This document shows, piece by piece, positions 1-8,659 of a DNA stretch of 59,955 nucleotides. Source of the DNA: Candidatus Parcubacteria bacterium. GTDB taxonomy: Bacteria > Patescibacteriota > Minisyncoccia > Phycocordibacterales > JBAYGS01. The translations under genes were made by a program, and so were the position numbers. The stretch's first letter is position 1. The number at the start of each line of letters is the position of its first letter. Below the pieces are notes generated by a model that worked only from the letters and a program-made list of their open reading frames with translations, did no database searches and was not told the DNA's origin. The stretch is from contig JBDKKW010000004.1 in the NCBI GenBank assembly GCA_039795895.1, forward strand, positions 1 to 59,955. The letters run 5' to 3'.

Positions 1-3000
1 GGTGGTAATTGAAGCCACACTGGTGGTAGCTGCGAGACCCGCAACCACTCGAGCGTCTGCGCGGGCGTTGGTGAAGTAGAGATTTGCACCTTCGGTGAGG
101 GCGGTGGTGGTGGTTCCAGCAAGATCAGTAGCGAAAAGGGTTGTTGAGTAATACTTGTTGAGTGAACCTTGAGTGAGGGCATCGGTTGTGGTTGCAGACA
201 AACTTGTTGCAAAAAGAGTATCTGAATAGTATTTATTCGTACTTCCCTGTGCCAAAGCATCAGTGGTGGTACCTGCAATTACTGAGGCTACGCGATTGTT
301 GGTGAAGTACAAATTGGTTCCTTCAGCAAGTGCTGTGGTTGTAGTACCTGCGATAACCGAAGCTACACGAGTATTAGTGTAGTATTTATTCACTACTCCT
401 TCAGTTAAAGCATCGGTAGTGGTGCCAGCAATAACTGATGCCACACGATCGTTGGTAAAATAAAGATTTGTTCCTTCTAGGAGGGCGGTAGTTGTAGTTC
501 CCGCTAAATCAGCTGCAAAGAGGTTGGTTGAGTAGTATTTATTAATAGCACCTTGTGCCAAAGCATCAGTAGTGGTACCCGCGATTACTGTTGCAATACG
601 AGAATCAACTCGACTGTTTGTGTAGTAGAGATTGGTGCCTTCCGCAAGTGCGGTTGTAGTTGTCCCCGCAATACCAGCAGCCACTCGAGTATCAGCTCGA
701 GTATTAGTGAAGTAAAGATTTGCACCTTCAGCAAGCGCTGTGGTTGTGGTACCCGCAATCACTGAAGCTACCCGAGTATCAGTGTAGTACTTGTTGGTGG
801 TACCTTCTGCGAGAGCATCAGTAGTAGTTGCATGGAAGAAGGTGTAGAACGGGGTACCGAAGTTGGTGAGTTGAGTAGCAGAGAGTGAGAGTGCAGTTGC
901 TGAAGTCAAACCAGAGAGTGTGGTGATGTTTGGAAGTGAGGTTGTTGCTGAGAGACGATTATCAAACCGAGTAGTGGTGTAGTACAAATTTGTCCCCTCT
1001 GCGAGAGCTGTGGTGGTAGTACCAGCAAGATCTGTTGCAAAAAGATTGGTTGAATAATACTTGTTCGTACTTCCCTGTGCCAAAGCATCAGTGGTGGTAC
1101 CTGCAATTACTGAAGCTACTCGATTATTCGTAAAGTAAAGATTTGTACCCTCCGCGAGAGCTGTAGTTGTGGTGCCTGCGATACCAGTAGCCACTCGGCT
1201 GTCTGCTCGGGCGTTGGTGAAGTAGAGGTTGGTGCCTTCGGTGAGGGCGGTGGTGGTGGTTCCAGCAAGATCAGTAGCGAAAAGGGTTGTTGAGTAATAC
1301 TTGTTGAGTGAACCTTGAGCGAGAGCGTCGGTGGTGGTGCCAGAGAGAACAGAGGCGACGCGATTATTCGTAAAGTAGAGATTAGTCCCTTCTGCGATAG
1401 CAGTTGTGGTTGTTCCTGCAATACCAGCGGCAACTCGAGTATCAGCTCGTGTGTTTGTGAAATACAAGTTGGTTCCTTCCGCCAATGCAGTTGTGGTGGT
1501 ACCAGCGATCACAGAAGCCACGCGATTGTTGGTAAAGTAGAGGTTTGAACCCTCTGCAACATCAGTAGTAACTAGACCGAGTGATGATGTCGCTGTTAAG
1601 GTGTATCCGTTTGAACTATTACCCACAAAAATCTGTCCGTAGCTTGGTGCAGAAGTGAGTCCTGTACCTCCCGAAGTCACCCCAAGGGCATTAGTAAGAG
1701 CGAGAGTGGTAGCTCGCAAGACAGTTGCAAACAAGCTCGTTGAGGTTGCATTGGTGGTGGTGCTATTGAGTGCGGTGAAGTTTTGGAGAGTTGAAGAAGC
1801 GGTGGTGAGGAGGTTTCCAAAAGTACCTACACCACTTACCCATGTATTTCCAACTACCTCCAAAATATTTCCGGAAGTGGTAGTTGCACTTTCGCCGAGA
1901 ATCAAGACATTGGTGATGTCAGTTGGGAAGATGGCGAGACTGTCGGTGGTTGTTGAGAAGAAAGATCCGCCCGCACCACCGCCACTACCCACAAGATCAG
2001 TTCCCCATGTTGGCACTCCGCCAGTCATTTTCAACACCTGACCATTCGAACCTGGAGCAAGTCTCGCGAGTGAAGACACACCATCGGCATACAAGATATC
2101 CCCAGCTACGTATGAGCTCTGACCAGTGCCTCCGTATGAAGCTCCCAACACCGATGCATTCCACACACCAGAGGTAACGGTGCCGAGGGTTGAAAGATTT
2201 GCGAGTGTTGTGAGTCCCTGTAGAGATGTGGTAGCAGAAAGTCGAGCATCAAAACGATTGTTGGTGAAGTAGAGGTTAGTCCCTTCTGCCAATGCAGTTG
2301 TGGTGGTACCCGCAATCACTGAAGCTACCCGAGTATCAGTGTAGTACTTGTTGGTGGTACCTTCTGCGAGAGCATCAGTAGTAGTTGCATGGAAGAAGGT
2401 GTAGAACGGGGTACCGAAGTTGGTGAGTTGAGTAGCAGAGAGTGAGAGGTTGGCGAGGGTGGTAATTGAAGCCACACTGGTGGTAGCTGCGAGACCCGCA
2501 ACCACTCGAGCGTCTGCGCGGGCGTTGGTGAAGTAGAGATTTGCACCTTCGGTGAGGGCGGTGGTGGTGGTTCCAGCAAGATCTGCTGCAACTCGGCTGT
2601 CGGCACGAGCATTTGTGAAGTACAAATTAGTACCCTCAGCGAGTGCGGTTGTAGTAGTACCAGCAATTACTGAGGCTACGCGATTGTTGGTGAAGTAAAG
2701 ATTTGCACCTTCGGTGAGGGCGGTGGTTGTGGTACCCGCGAGACTAGTTGCAAAAAGATTGGTTGAATAATACTTGTTCGTAGTTCCCTGTGCGAGTGCA
2801 TCAGTGGTGGTACCTGCAATTACTGAAGCTACGCGATTGTTGGTGAAGTAAAGATTAGTACCCTCAGCAAGAGCGGTGGTTGTCGTTCCTGTAATACCAG
2901 CAGCGATGCGGGTATCAGCTCGAGCATTCGTGAAGTAGAGGTTTGTTCCTTCAGCAACATCGGTAGTGAGTAATCCAAGAGAAGAAGTAGCAATGTTGGT

Positions 3001-3342
3001 CAATGCAGATGTTCCTCCAGCTGACACAAGAAGACCGTATGAAAAAGTAGCAACTCCAGTACCACCACGTGAGACACCGAGAGTGCCGGTAGTATCAGTA
3101 AGTGCCACTCCAAGAGATGAAGTAGCAAGGGCGATAATAGTATTGTTTGCCCCACCAATCAAAAGTGATGATGAAGCGATTGAGGTGAGTCCTGTACCTC
3201 CCGAAGTCACCCCAAGTGCGTTGGTAAGAGCGAGAGTGGTAGCTCGCAAGACGGTTGCAAACAAGCTCGTTGAGGTTGCATTGGTGGTGGTACTGTTGAG
3301 TGCGGTGAAGTTTTGGAGAGTTGAAGATGCGGTGGTGAGGAG
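1..3342. repeat. Intragenic tandem and block repeats of the giant fibre gene
   Basis: Units of ~24-28 aa (TTTxALAEGTNLYFTNxRxxxxIAG / TTTDALAQGTTNKYYSTNLFATxLAG). DNA block duplications: 1-126 = 2458-2583, 746-891 = 2303-2448, 1655-1812 ~ 3185-3342. Confidence 0.9.
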
Positions 3343-4737
3343 ATTGCCGAAGTAGCCGGTGCCTGAAGCACTGATCGCGGTAGTTGAAGCGTAAGGGAAA
3401 ACAGAAGCAGTAGTGGTGGTTGCAGTAAAGTATGAAGCCACCACCTGACCCACGACTGAAAGCGGAGCGTATGGAGAGGTCGTACCAATCCCTAGACGAC
3501 CATTGGTGTTATCCCAAAAAAGCGCTGACGCATCATCTACAGTGGTACCTCCGGTATAGTATGCCAAAGCATTTGCAGTACCCGAGCTCACTGTGCCCGA
3601 ACCTCCACCACCACTCGTAGACAAACAAGTCCCATTTACTGCAAAACATCCCGAAGTGAGATTGATACCGCCGGCAAAAGATGAAGTAGCTGATCCGGTG
3701 ACAGAGAGGGAGTTTGATACAGAAAGATTGGTGGTGGTTGCGTTGGTTGCAGTGACATTTTGGAGCGTGGTTGAACCCGTCAACAAAAGATTCGAAAGTG
3801 AAGTGAGCCCACTCACCAAAAGTGCTGTGCCGCTACCCGACTGAGTGATTGAGACAAAAGTCGAAGCGGTCGAGGTTGAGTTGACTGCATCTGTTCGCAA
3901 AAATTGACTCGCGCTCAGACCTTCGAGTCTTCGAGCCTCAAATGCAGCCGGCACCGCACCCAAAATCTTGCGCGGAGTCATTTCTGAATCCCAAGATGGG
4001 GATACTCCTGAGCCTCCGATAGTGACCCCGAGATACAAAGTCTGATTGAAATCAACTGACGCGAGCGAAGAAATCGCACCAAGCATAACTGAAAAAAGAC
4101 CACTCGATACAGCAACTCGGTCACCACCAGTCAGACTTTCGGTCCAAATTGGCGCTCCGCCAGATGATGCGGTATACAACCCAAATTGCATGTTGTATGA
4201 GCCATCAGCCACTGCAGTCCCACCAGCATCGGTCAAATTACCCTGGTAATTTATCTCGGTATTTACTGCAGCTTCAGCGACACTTGGAGTAAAAAGTGAA
4301 AGTGCCATAGCTGGGCCACCAAATACATTCATAAACACCAACACGAGCACTACCGCTTTCAAGGTGAAGTCAGCAATTTTAGGAGACAAGACAGAGATAT
4401 TCCGCACAAAAAAGCGCTGTGCCCAATGTGAGAGCTTTACCAATGAAAAAGACTTATTTTGTGCTGATTTTACTGGATTTTTAACCAAAGAGACTGGTGA
4501 GATCTCAACCTGAGACTGTGACATCTTGAGGCGCATTTCCTCAATCAATCGCTCTTGTTCACGCTTGTGCAAAAGGAGAGATTTTTCGCACACAAACCAA
4601 TGCTTACCAACACGATGAGCTCGCACCTTTCGCTGACGGCAAAGCTGACCCACATAGTCGCTAGAATAGCCAGCAATTTCGGCACCTCGGCGCGCCGAAA
4701 CATACTTTTTTCCCCGTAAAAGAAGAGAACTCTCCAT
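1..4737 (-). CDS. Giant repetitive surface fibre/adhesin (tail-fibre-like) with N-terminal HTH domain and TM segment; 3' end lies outside the window
   Basis: Manual translation from ATG 4737 stays open to position 1 (1579 codons). It is absent from the ORF track because it has no stop in the window. N-terminus MESSLLLRGKKYVSARRGAEIAGYSSDYVGQLCRQRKVRAHRVGKHWFVCE, then a hydrophobic segment AVVLVLCFMNVFGGPAMALSLF, then an INYQGNLTD...GLFSVMLG...EMTPRKILGAVPAA domain, a GRLGIGTTSP motif and many TTTALAEGTNLYFTNxR repeats. Confidence 0.9.
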   Translation of the reverse strand, partial: MESSLLLRGKKYVSARRGAEIAGYSSDYVGQLCRQRKVRAHRVGKHWFVCEKSLLLHKREQERLIEEMRLKMSQSQVEISPVSLVKNPVKSAQNKSFSLVKLSHWAQRFFVRNISVLSPKIADFTLKAVVLVLVFMNVFGGPAMALSLFTPSVAEAAVNTEINYQGNLTDAGGTAVADGSYNMQFGLYTASSGGAPIWTESLTGGDRVAVSSGLFSVMLGAISSLASVDFNQTLYLGVTIGGSGVSPSWDSEMTPRKILGAVPAAFEARRLEGLSASQFLRTDAVNSTSTASTFVSITQSGSGTALLVSGLTSLSNLLLTGSTTLQNVTATNATTTNLSVSNSLSVTGSATSSFAGGINLTSGCFAVNGTCLSTSGGGGSGTVSSGTANALAYYTGGTTVDDASALFWDNTNGRLGIGTTSPYAPLSVVGQVVASYFTATTTTASVFPYASTTAISASGTGYFGNLLTTASSTLQNFTALNSTTTNATSTSLFATVLRATTLALTNALGVTSGGTGLTSIASSSLLIGGANNTIIALATSSLGVALTDTTGTLGVSRGGTGVATFSYGLLVSAGGTSALTNIATSSLGLLTTDVAEGTNLYFTNARADTRIAAGITGTTTTALAEGTNLYFTNNRVASVIAGTTTDALAQGTTNKYYSTNLFATSLAGTTTTALTEGANLYFTNNRVASVIAGTTTTALAEGTNLYFTNARADSRVAADLAGTTTTALTEGANLYFTNARADARVVAGLAATTSVASITTLANLSLSATQLTNFGTPFYTFFHATTTDALAEGTTNKYYTDTRVASVIAGTTTTALAEGTNLYFTNNRFDARLSATTSLQGLTTLANLSTLGTVTSGVWNASVLGASYGGTGQSSYVAGDILYADGVSSLARLAPGSNGQVLKMTGGVPTWGTDLVGSGGGAGGSFFSTTTDSLAIFPTDITNVLILGESATTTSGNILEVVGNTWVSGVGTFGNLLTTASSTLQNFTALNSTTTNATSTSLFATVLRATTLALTNALGVTSGGTGLTSAPSYGQIFVGNSSNGYTLTATSSLGLVTTDVAEGSNLYFTNNRVASVIAGTTTTALAEGTNLYFTNTRADTRVAAGIAGTTTTAIAEGTNLYFTNNRVASVLSGTTTDALAQGSLNKYYSTTLFATDLAGTTTTALTEGTNLYFTNARADSRVATGIAGTTTTALAEGTNLYFTNNRVASVIAGTTTDALAQGSTNKYYSTNLFATDLAGTTTTALAEGTNLYYTTTRFDNRLSATTSLPNITTLSGLTSATALSLSATQLTNFGTPFYTFFHATTTDALAEGTTNKYYTDTRVASVIAGTTTTALAEGANLYFTNTRADTRVAAGIAGTTTTALAEGTNLYYTNSRVDSRIATVIAGTTTDALAQGAINKYYSTNLFAADLAGTTTTALLEGTNLYFTNDRVASVIAGTTTDALTEGVVNKYYTNTRVASVIAGTTTTALAEGTNLYFTNNRVASVIAGTTTDALAQGSTNKYYSDTLFATSLSATTTDALTQGSLNKYYSTTLFATDLAGTTTTALTEGANLYFTNARADARVVAGLAATTSVASITT

Positions 4738-4745
4738 ACCCCGTA

Positions 4746-4821
4746 ATTATACTATGTGGCATATAGATTTTATATAAAATATGGGGATAAATTGCCCATT
4801 ATTTTGCATCCGAGATGGCTT
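4746..4821 (-). promoter_or_regulatory. Promoter of the giant fibre gene (leaderless -10 plus conserved upstream boxes)
   Basis: TATAAT on the minus strand at 4746-4751, 8 nt before ATG. AAAATATGGGGATAAATT (4776-4793) and CCGAGATGGCTT (4810-4821) also occur upstream of the paralog at 8499. Confidence 0.6.
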
Positions 4822-5042
4822 CATTTATGGGTTTTTTTGCAAAATCAAAAAGGTGGCTACAAACATAGATTAAAAAGATAATCGCAAAAAATAAAAATAA
4901 TGTTATCCCACTCAAAAATAAAATAAGCAAGAGTATTTTTTTGGTATCTTTTTCAAAAATACGTTCATAAATAAAGACGGTTTTCTAAAAAATAGCCCGC
5001 TAGAAAACCATCTTTCATTTTTTACGACCCAGCGAAGGCCGA

Positions 5043-6515
5043 TTAGACAGCACGAGCCGTAAGCCACAATCGAATACGGACCACAATTCCCACCAAAACC
5101 AAGAGTGGCCACCAGAGCCAGCCGATCCGCTTGAGACTACCCATCGGATCATTCATAAATCGACTAAAGAGCGACTCAGGTTTTGGTGTAGAAACCACAA
5201 GCTCCCCCGACACCTGCTTTACGCCTCGATTTGCATGGTCTAGGATTGAGATAACCATCGCAAAATTACCTCCGCGGTTTAATTTATCCACCAACGCCTC
5301 ATACTGAGTCTTGGCATTGTTTACCCGGAGCAAGAAAGTAAATACTTGATCTGGTTGCTTTAAATCTTTAATGGTCACCACCATCGTCTTCAACACTTCA
5401 GGTAATTTATTGTAATCAATCGCCACTTTAAATTGTTTTCCGCCATCAATAAATATTTTTCCATTCTCACCAAGAGTCATTTTTTCATTTTGCGTCACCA
5501 AGAAGTCAAAAAGATTGAGGCGATCGATTACAGGATCAATCGTCGGTCGAGGCGTAGCGACCGCAAACGTATCTGTCGCTTGAGCCGGAGCAGACTCACC
5601 GGCTTTGGTAATATAAATTTTTGCAATCGCACCTGAAGAATAATTACCACTCACATCTTTCGTAAATAATGTGTAGTAGTACAACTTCCCCGCCAATGCT
5701 TTAGTGTCGAGTGCTTGTTCGGCACGACCTTCATACACCACCACCCCTTCATCCGGACTGGTCGGGTAAAAATCAGTTGATCGAACCACTTTGACCAATT
5801 CGGTATCCAAACCAGAAGGATTTTGCCACGCGATCTTGGTACCAAACAAACTCTGCTCGAGCGTCAGCTTGTTTGGGTTTGCAGGAGCGGTGGTGTCTCG
5901 CGTAGCGAGCGTTGTTGCAGACTGAGACACCTGTCCAGCTCGTGCGCCGATTTCACTCACAGCTTGAACAGCAAAATAATAGGTAGTGCCCGGTACCAAA
6001 TTGGTAATCTTAAATATATGGCTCTGCTGAAGGTTATTTGAGGTGATTGATCCTCCATCGTATAGTGTCGATACACCCCAAACAAGCACTGTTTTACCCG
6101 GCTGATTGAGCTCGACATCCACCAAGAGCGCTGTATCACTTGCCCCCACCGTAATCGACTGAACAGAGAATGCGGATTGAACTAAAACACCTCCTCCACC
6201 ACCAGAAGAAGTGGTCTCCGGCGCACTTGCAGGTGGTGTTACTGGCGGAATTGGTCCCGTAATCAATCCGAGCATCTGTCGGTAACCAGCTTTAATCGCA
6301 TAGAGAATACCCTGAGACTCACCCGTCGCACTTTCTCCACCGGTATCACGTAGTCCGTAGTGAGCACTGACCGAAGTTTCATTACCCACAAAGTTGATAC
6401 TATCGGCACCGATTTGGTAATGAGTACTTGAAAGTGCGGCCTGTGCGACGCCACTCATCAGGAGACTCACCGAAAGAACGAGCGCTACTGTATATACTTT
6501 AATTAAAGATGACAT
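5043..6515 (-). CDS. Secreted, C-terminally membrane-anchored fibronectin type III domain surface protein
   Basis: Likely start MSSLIKVY at 6515 (the track's upstream extension overlaps the previous gene). Signal peptide ending AQA, FN3 signature (ITNLVPGTTYYFAVQA; DTTAPANP...YYYTLF) and a C-terminal TM helix with a basic tail. Confidence 0.8.
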   Translation of the reverse strand: MSSLIKVYTVALVLSVSLLMSGVAQAALSSTHYQIGADSINFVGNETSVSAHYGLRDTGGESATGESQGILYAIKAGYRQMLGLITGPIPPVTPPASAPETTSSGGGGGVLVQSAFSVQSITVGASDTALLVDVELNQPGKTVLVWGVSTLYDGGSITSNNLQQSHIFKITNLVPGTTYYFAVQAVSEIGARAGQVSQSATTLATRDTTAPANPNKLTLEQSLFGTKIAWQNPSGLDTELVKVVRSTDFYPTSPDEGVVVYEGRAEQALDTKALAGKLYYYTLFTKDVSGNYSSGAIAKIYITKAGESAPAQATDTFAVATPRPTIDPVIDRLNLFDFLVTQNEKMTLGENGKIFIDGGKQFKVAIDYNKLPEVLKTMVVTIKDLKQPDQVFTFLLRVNNAKTQYEALVDKLNRGGNFAMVISILDHANRGVKQVSGELVVSTPKPESLFSRFMNDPMGSLKRIGWLWWPLLVLVGIVVRIRLWLTARAV

Positions 6516-6522
6516 ACTGATT

Positions 6523-8499
6523 TTATTTTTTAAGAGGAACCAACACATAGACATATTCGTCGTCTGTCGCCTTTTTAAACACTGGTTTAATAATCCCCGC
6601 TGACCCACTCTGATCCGGATGCACCTCAACGTCATCCGAGAACGAATTCTTGATCTGACGGATGACCGCATCGGTAGACTGGTGTGTATCTTTTGGTGAC
6701 ACCACAATCCCCACTGCGGTATCGTGTGGCATAGAGACCAAATCGCCAGAGACTGGCTCGGCAACAGATGAGCTATTGTGTGTAAACCATCGAGACAAAA
6801 AGGCAAATGAAGCTTTTGGCACCAAGAGCGACTGAGCAGACTCGTAAGTTAGTGTGGCAATCGTCTTAAATTGATCTGATATCACCTGTGCAAGCTGACT
6901 GGTCCCTGATACTAAACGGGTCGTGCCTCCAGCACTCACTGTTTGTGCCAAGAAATCGTCTGTAGCCTGAGCAACCCCAGTAGCAATCCCATGGGTCACC
7001 TGTGCTAGAAGCAGTGAAGCGGTATCTTTTACAAAAAGAGTCTCGGAGACAAAATCGCGACCCATCTCCTGTACAGAAGCACTAGCAAAATCAGACGCGT
7101 ACGCGAGTGTACGACCAGTCACAAAGAATTCACCACTCAACCGAAGTGCACCCTGAGCAAATACCGCTCCGACATGTTGCAATGTGTCGCTCGATGATAG
7201 AAAGAAATCAGCATATCCGACGCCAGCGAGCTGGAGCACTTCTTCACTCACCGCCTTTTTCTGACTCAACAACTTTCCAGTATTTTGAAGCTCAGTACTA
7301 ATCATATCGCTTCGTTGAGCAAACTGTCCGCCGACAGACTGCGCGACGCCACTTGAGTAGTCAGAAAATTGTGCGAGCAGTGTTCCGGTCAAACGCATTG
7401 ATTCCGCCACCTGTGTAGAAATGTGTGCGAGTACAAGACCTATGTTTTGAAAAGTCGCACTTGTTGTGTCCGAAACAAAAGCAAATTGTGTTCCCACATG
7501 TTGCATACTCAAACTTGCGGTGTCAGAAAATTCAGCAAAAGTAATTCCAACATGTTGCAGTGATCGACTCAGATCATCAACAGCCATTCCATACGCAACT
7601 CCGCGCGCAATAAAATACTGCGAAGCGCTGTCAGTAACAAACTGATACTGTTGTCCAAACTGATTCAAACGATCACTGCCGTACGCGACAACAGCATCAA
7701 AATAATTTTGCACCGATACGGTGATGTCGACATCACCACGAACCATGTCACCAAATCCAGAAGCGAAGCGTGTTGACGCACTGACACTATTTTTTGTGCG
7801 CATATAATCACTAGCCAGTGAACCCGTTTGTGCTTCACGCACATACGTCTCAGGTATCGCGCTCGCCAACACATTCGAAACTTGTCCGACAGTAAATGCT
7901 CCAGTTGCTACACCACCATCAGTCGTTGGAAAAAATTCAGAAAAATTTTCAAGACCTCGAAGTGGGAGTACTGGCATCACCTCCGGAGCAATCGAAAGTG
8001 ATACGAGTGAAAGCTGTGCGTGCGTATAGACACCGGCAATAGCCTGACCGACTGAAGCAACAACGGCACTATCTTTTATTTGAGATCCTTCACCAATTAT
8101 CAAAAACATCAAACACACAACCAAGAGTCCTCCGATTTTTCCGACATACGACGCTACGGGTTTTGCGACCGGCACTGTCACACCAGACGACACAAATTTG
8201 ACTGGCAAAGCCGATGCGACTGTTTCCTTTTTTACCTCAACTTTTGGCTCGGGTGCAGATAGTGCGAGCTTGCGAGTACGCGACATTCTTTCTCGCATTT
8301 CTTCGGTTAGTCGTTCCTGTTCCTTTTTGTGAGACACCAGTGAACTTTCTGACACAAACCAAGACTTGCCGACCATCTCGGCATCGATCTTACCCGCACG
8401 GCAAAGTTGGCCGACGTAATCGCCAGAATAGCCAGCAATTTCGGCACCTCGTCTCGCCGAGATATAGGTTTTTCCATTAAGAACAAGCGAGCTCTGCAT
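6523..8499 (-). CDS. HTH-TM protein with 18-aa amphipathic helical repeats
   Basis: N-terminal excisionase/MerR-like HTH (YISARRGAEIAGYSGDYVGQLCRAGKI...VGKSWFVSE), TM IGGLLVVCLMFLII, and ~10 repeats of 18 aa. Confidence 0.8.
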   Translation of the reverse strand: MQSSLVLNGKTYISARRGAEIAGYSGDYVGQLCRAGKIDAEMVGKSWFVSESSLVSHKKEQERLTEEMRERMSRTRKLALSAPEPKVEVKKETVASALPVKFVSSGVTVPVAKPVASYVGKIGGLLVVCLMFLIIGEGSQIKDSAVVASVGQAIAGVYTHAQLSLVSLSIAPEVMPVLPLRGLENFSEFFPTTDGGVATGAFTVGQVSNVLASAIPETYVREAQTGSLASDYMRTKNSVSASTRFASGFGDMVRGDVDITVSVQNYFDAVVAYGSDRLNQFGQQYQFVTDSASQYFIARGVAYGMAVDDLSRSLQHVGITFAEFSDTASLSMQHVGTQFAFVSDTTSATFQNIGLVLAHISTQVAESMRLTGTLLAQFSDYSSGVAQSVGGQFAQRSDMISTELQNTGKLLSQKKAVSEEVLQLAGVGYADFFLSSSDTLQHVGAVFAQGALRLSGEFFVTGRTLAYASDFASASVQEMGRDFVSETLFVKDTASLLLAQVTHGIATGVAQATDDFLAQTVSAGGTTRLVSGTSQLAQVISDQFKTIATLTYESAQSLLVPKASFAFLSRWFTHNSSSVAEPVSGDLVSMPHDTAVGIVVSPKDTHQSTDAVIRQIKNSFSDDVEVHPDQSGSAGIIKPVFKKATDDEYVYVLVPLKK

Positions 8500-8554
8500 A
8501 CACGCTAAGTATACAAGAGTAGGTGTATCTTCCTTAGCAAAATATGGGGATAAA

Positions 8555-8588
8555 TTAAAGCCATCTCGGACAGCCGAGATGGCTTTAA
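8555..8588. terminator. Perfect 15-bp hairpin downstream of gatB, inside the promoter region of the HTH gene
   Basis: TTAAAGCCATCTCGG-acag-CCGAGATGGCTTTAA. Confidence 0.65.
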
Positions 8589-8659
8589 ATCTAGGTATTT
8601 TAATTGAGCCTTTATACTAGCTATAAAAACACGATTGGCTAAAAAATCAATAAAATTGA

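Noticed and set aside
1-2960. Regularly spaced repeats resembling a CRISPR array or DGR template/variable repeats
   Set aside because: The repeats are in-frame coding units that vary mainly at third codon positions. There are no unique spacers, no cas or reverse transcriptase gene, and no adenine-specific mismatch pattern.
553-4249. Many short ORFs on both strands in the ORF track
   Set aside because: They are shadows of the single giant minus-strand ORF 4737 to <1.
6516-6806. N-terminal extension of the FN3 ORF
   Set aside because: It overlaps the upstream gene; the signal peptide begins at Met 6515.
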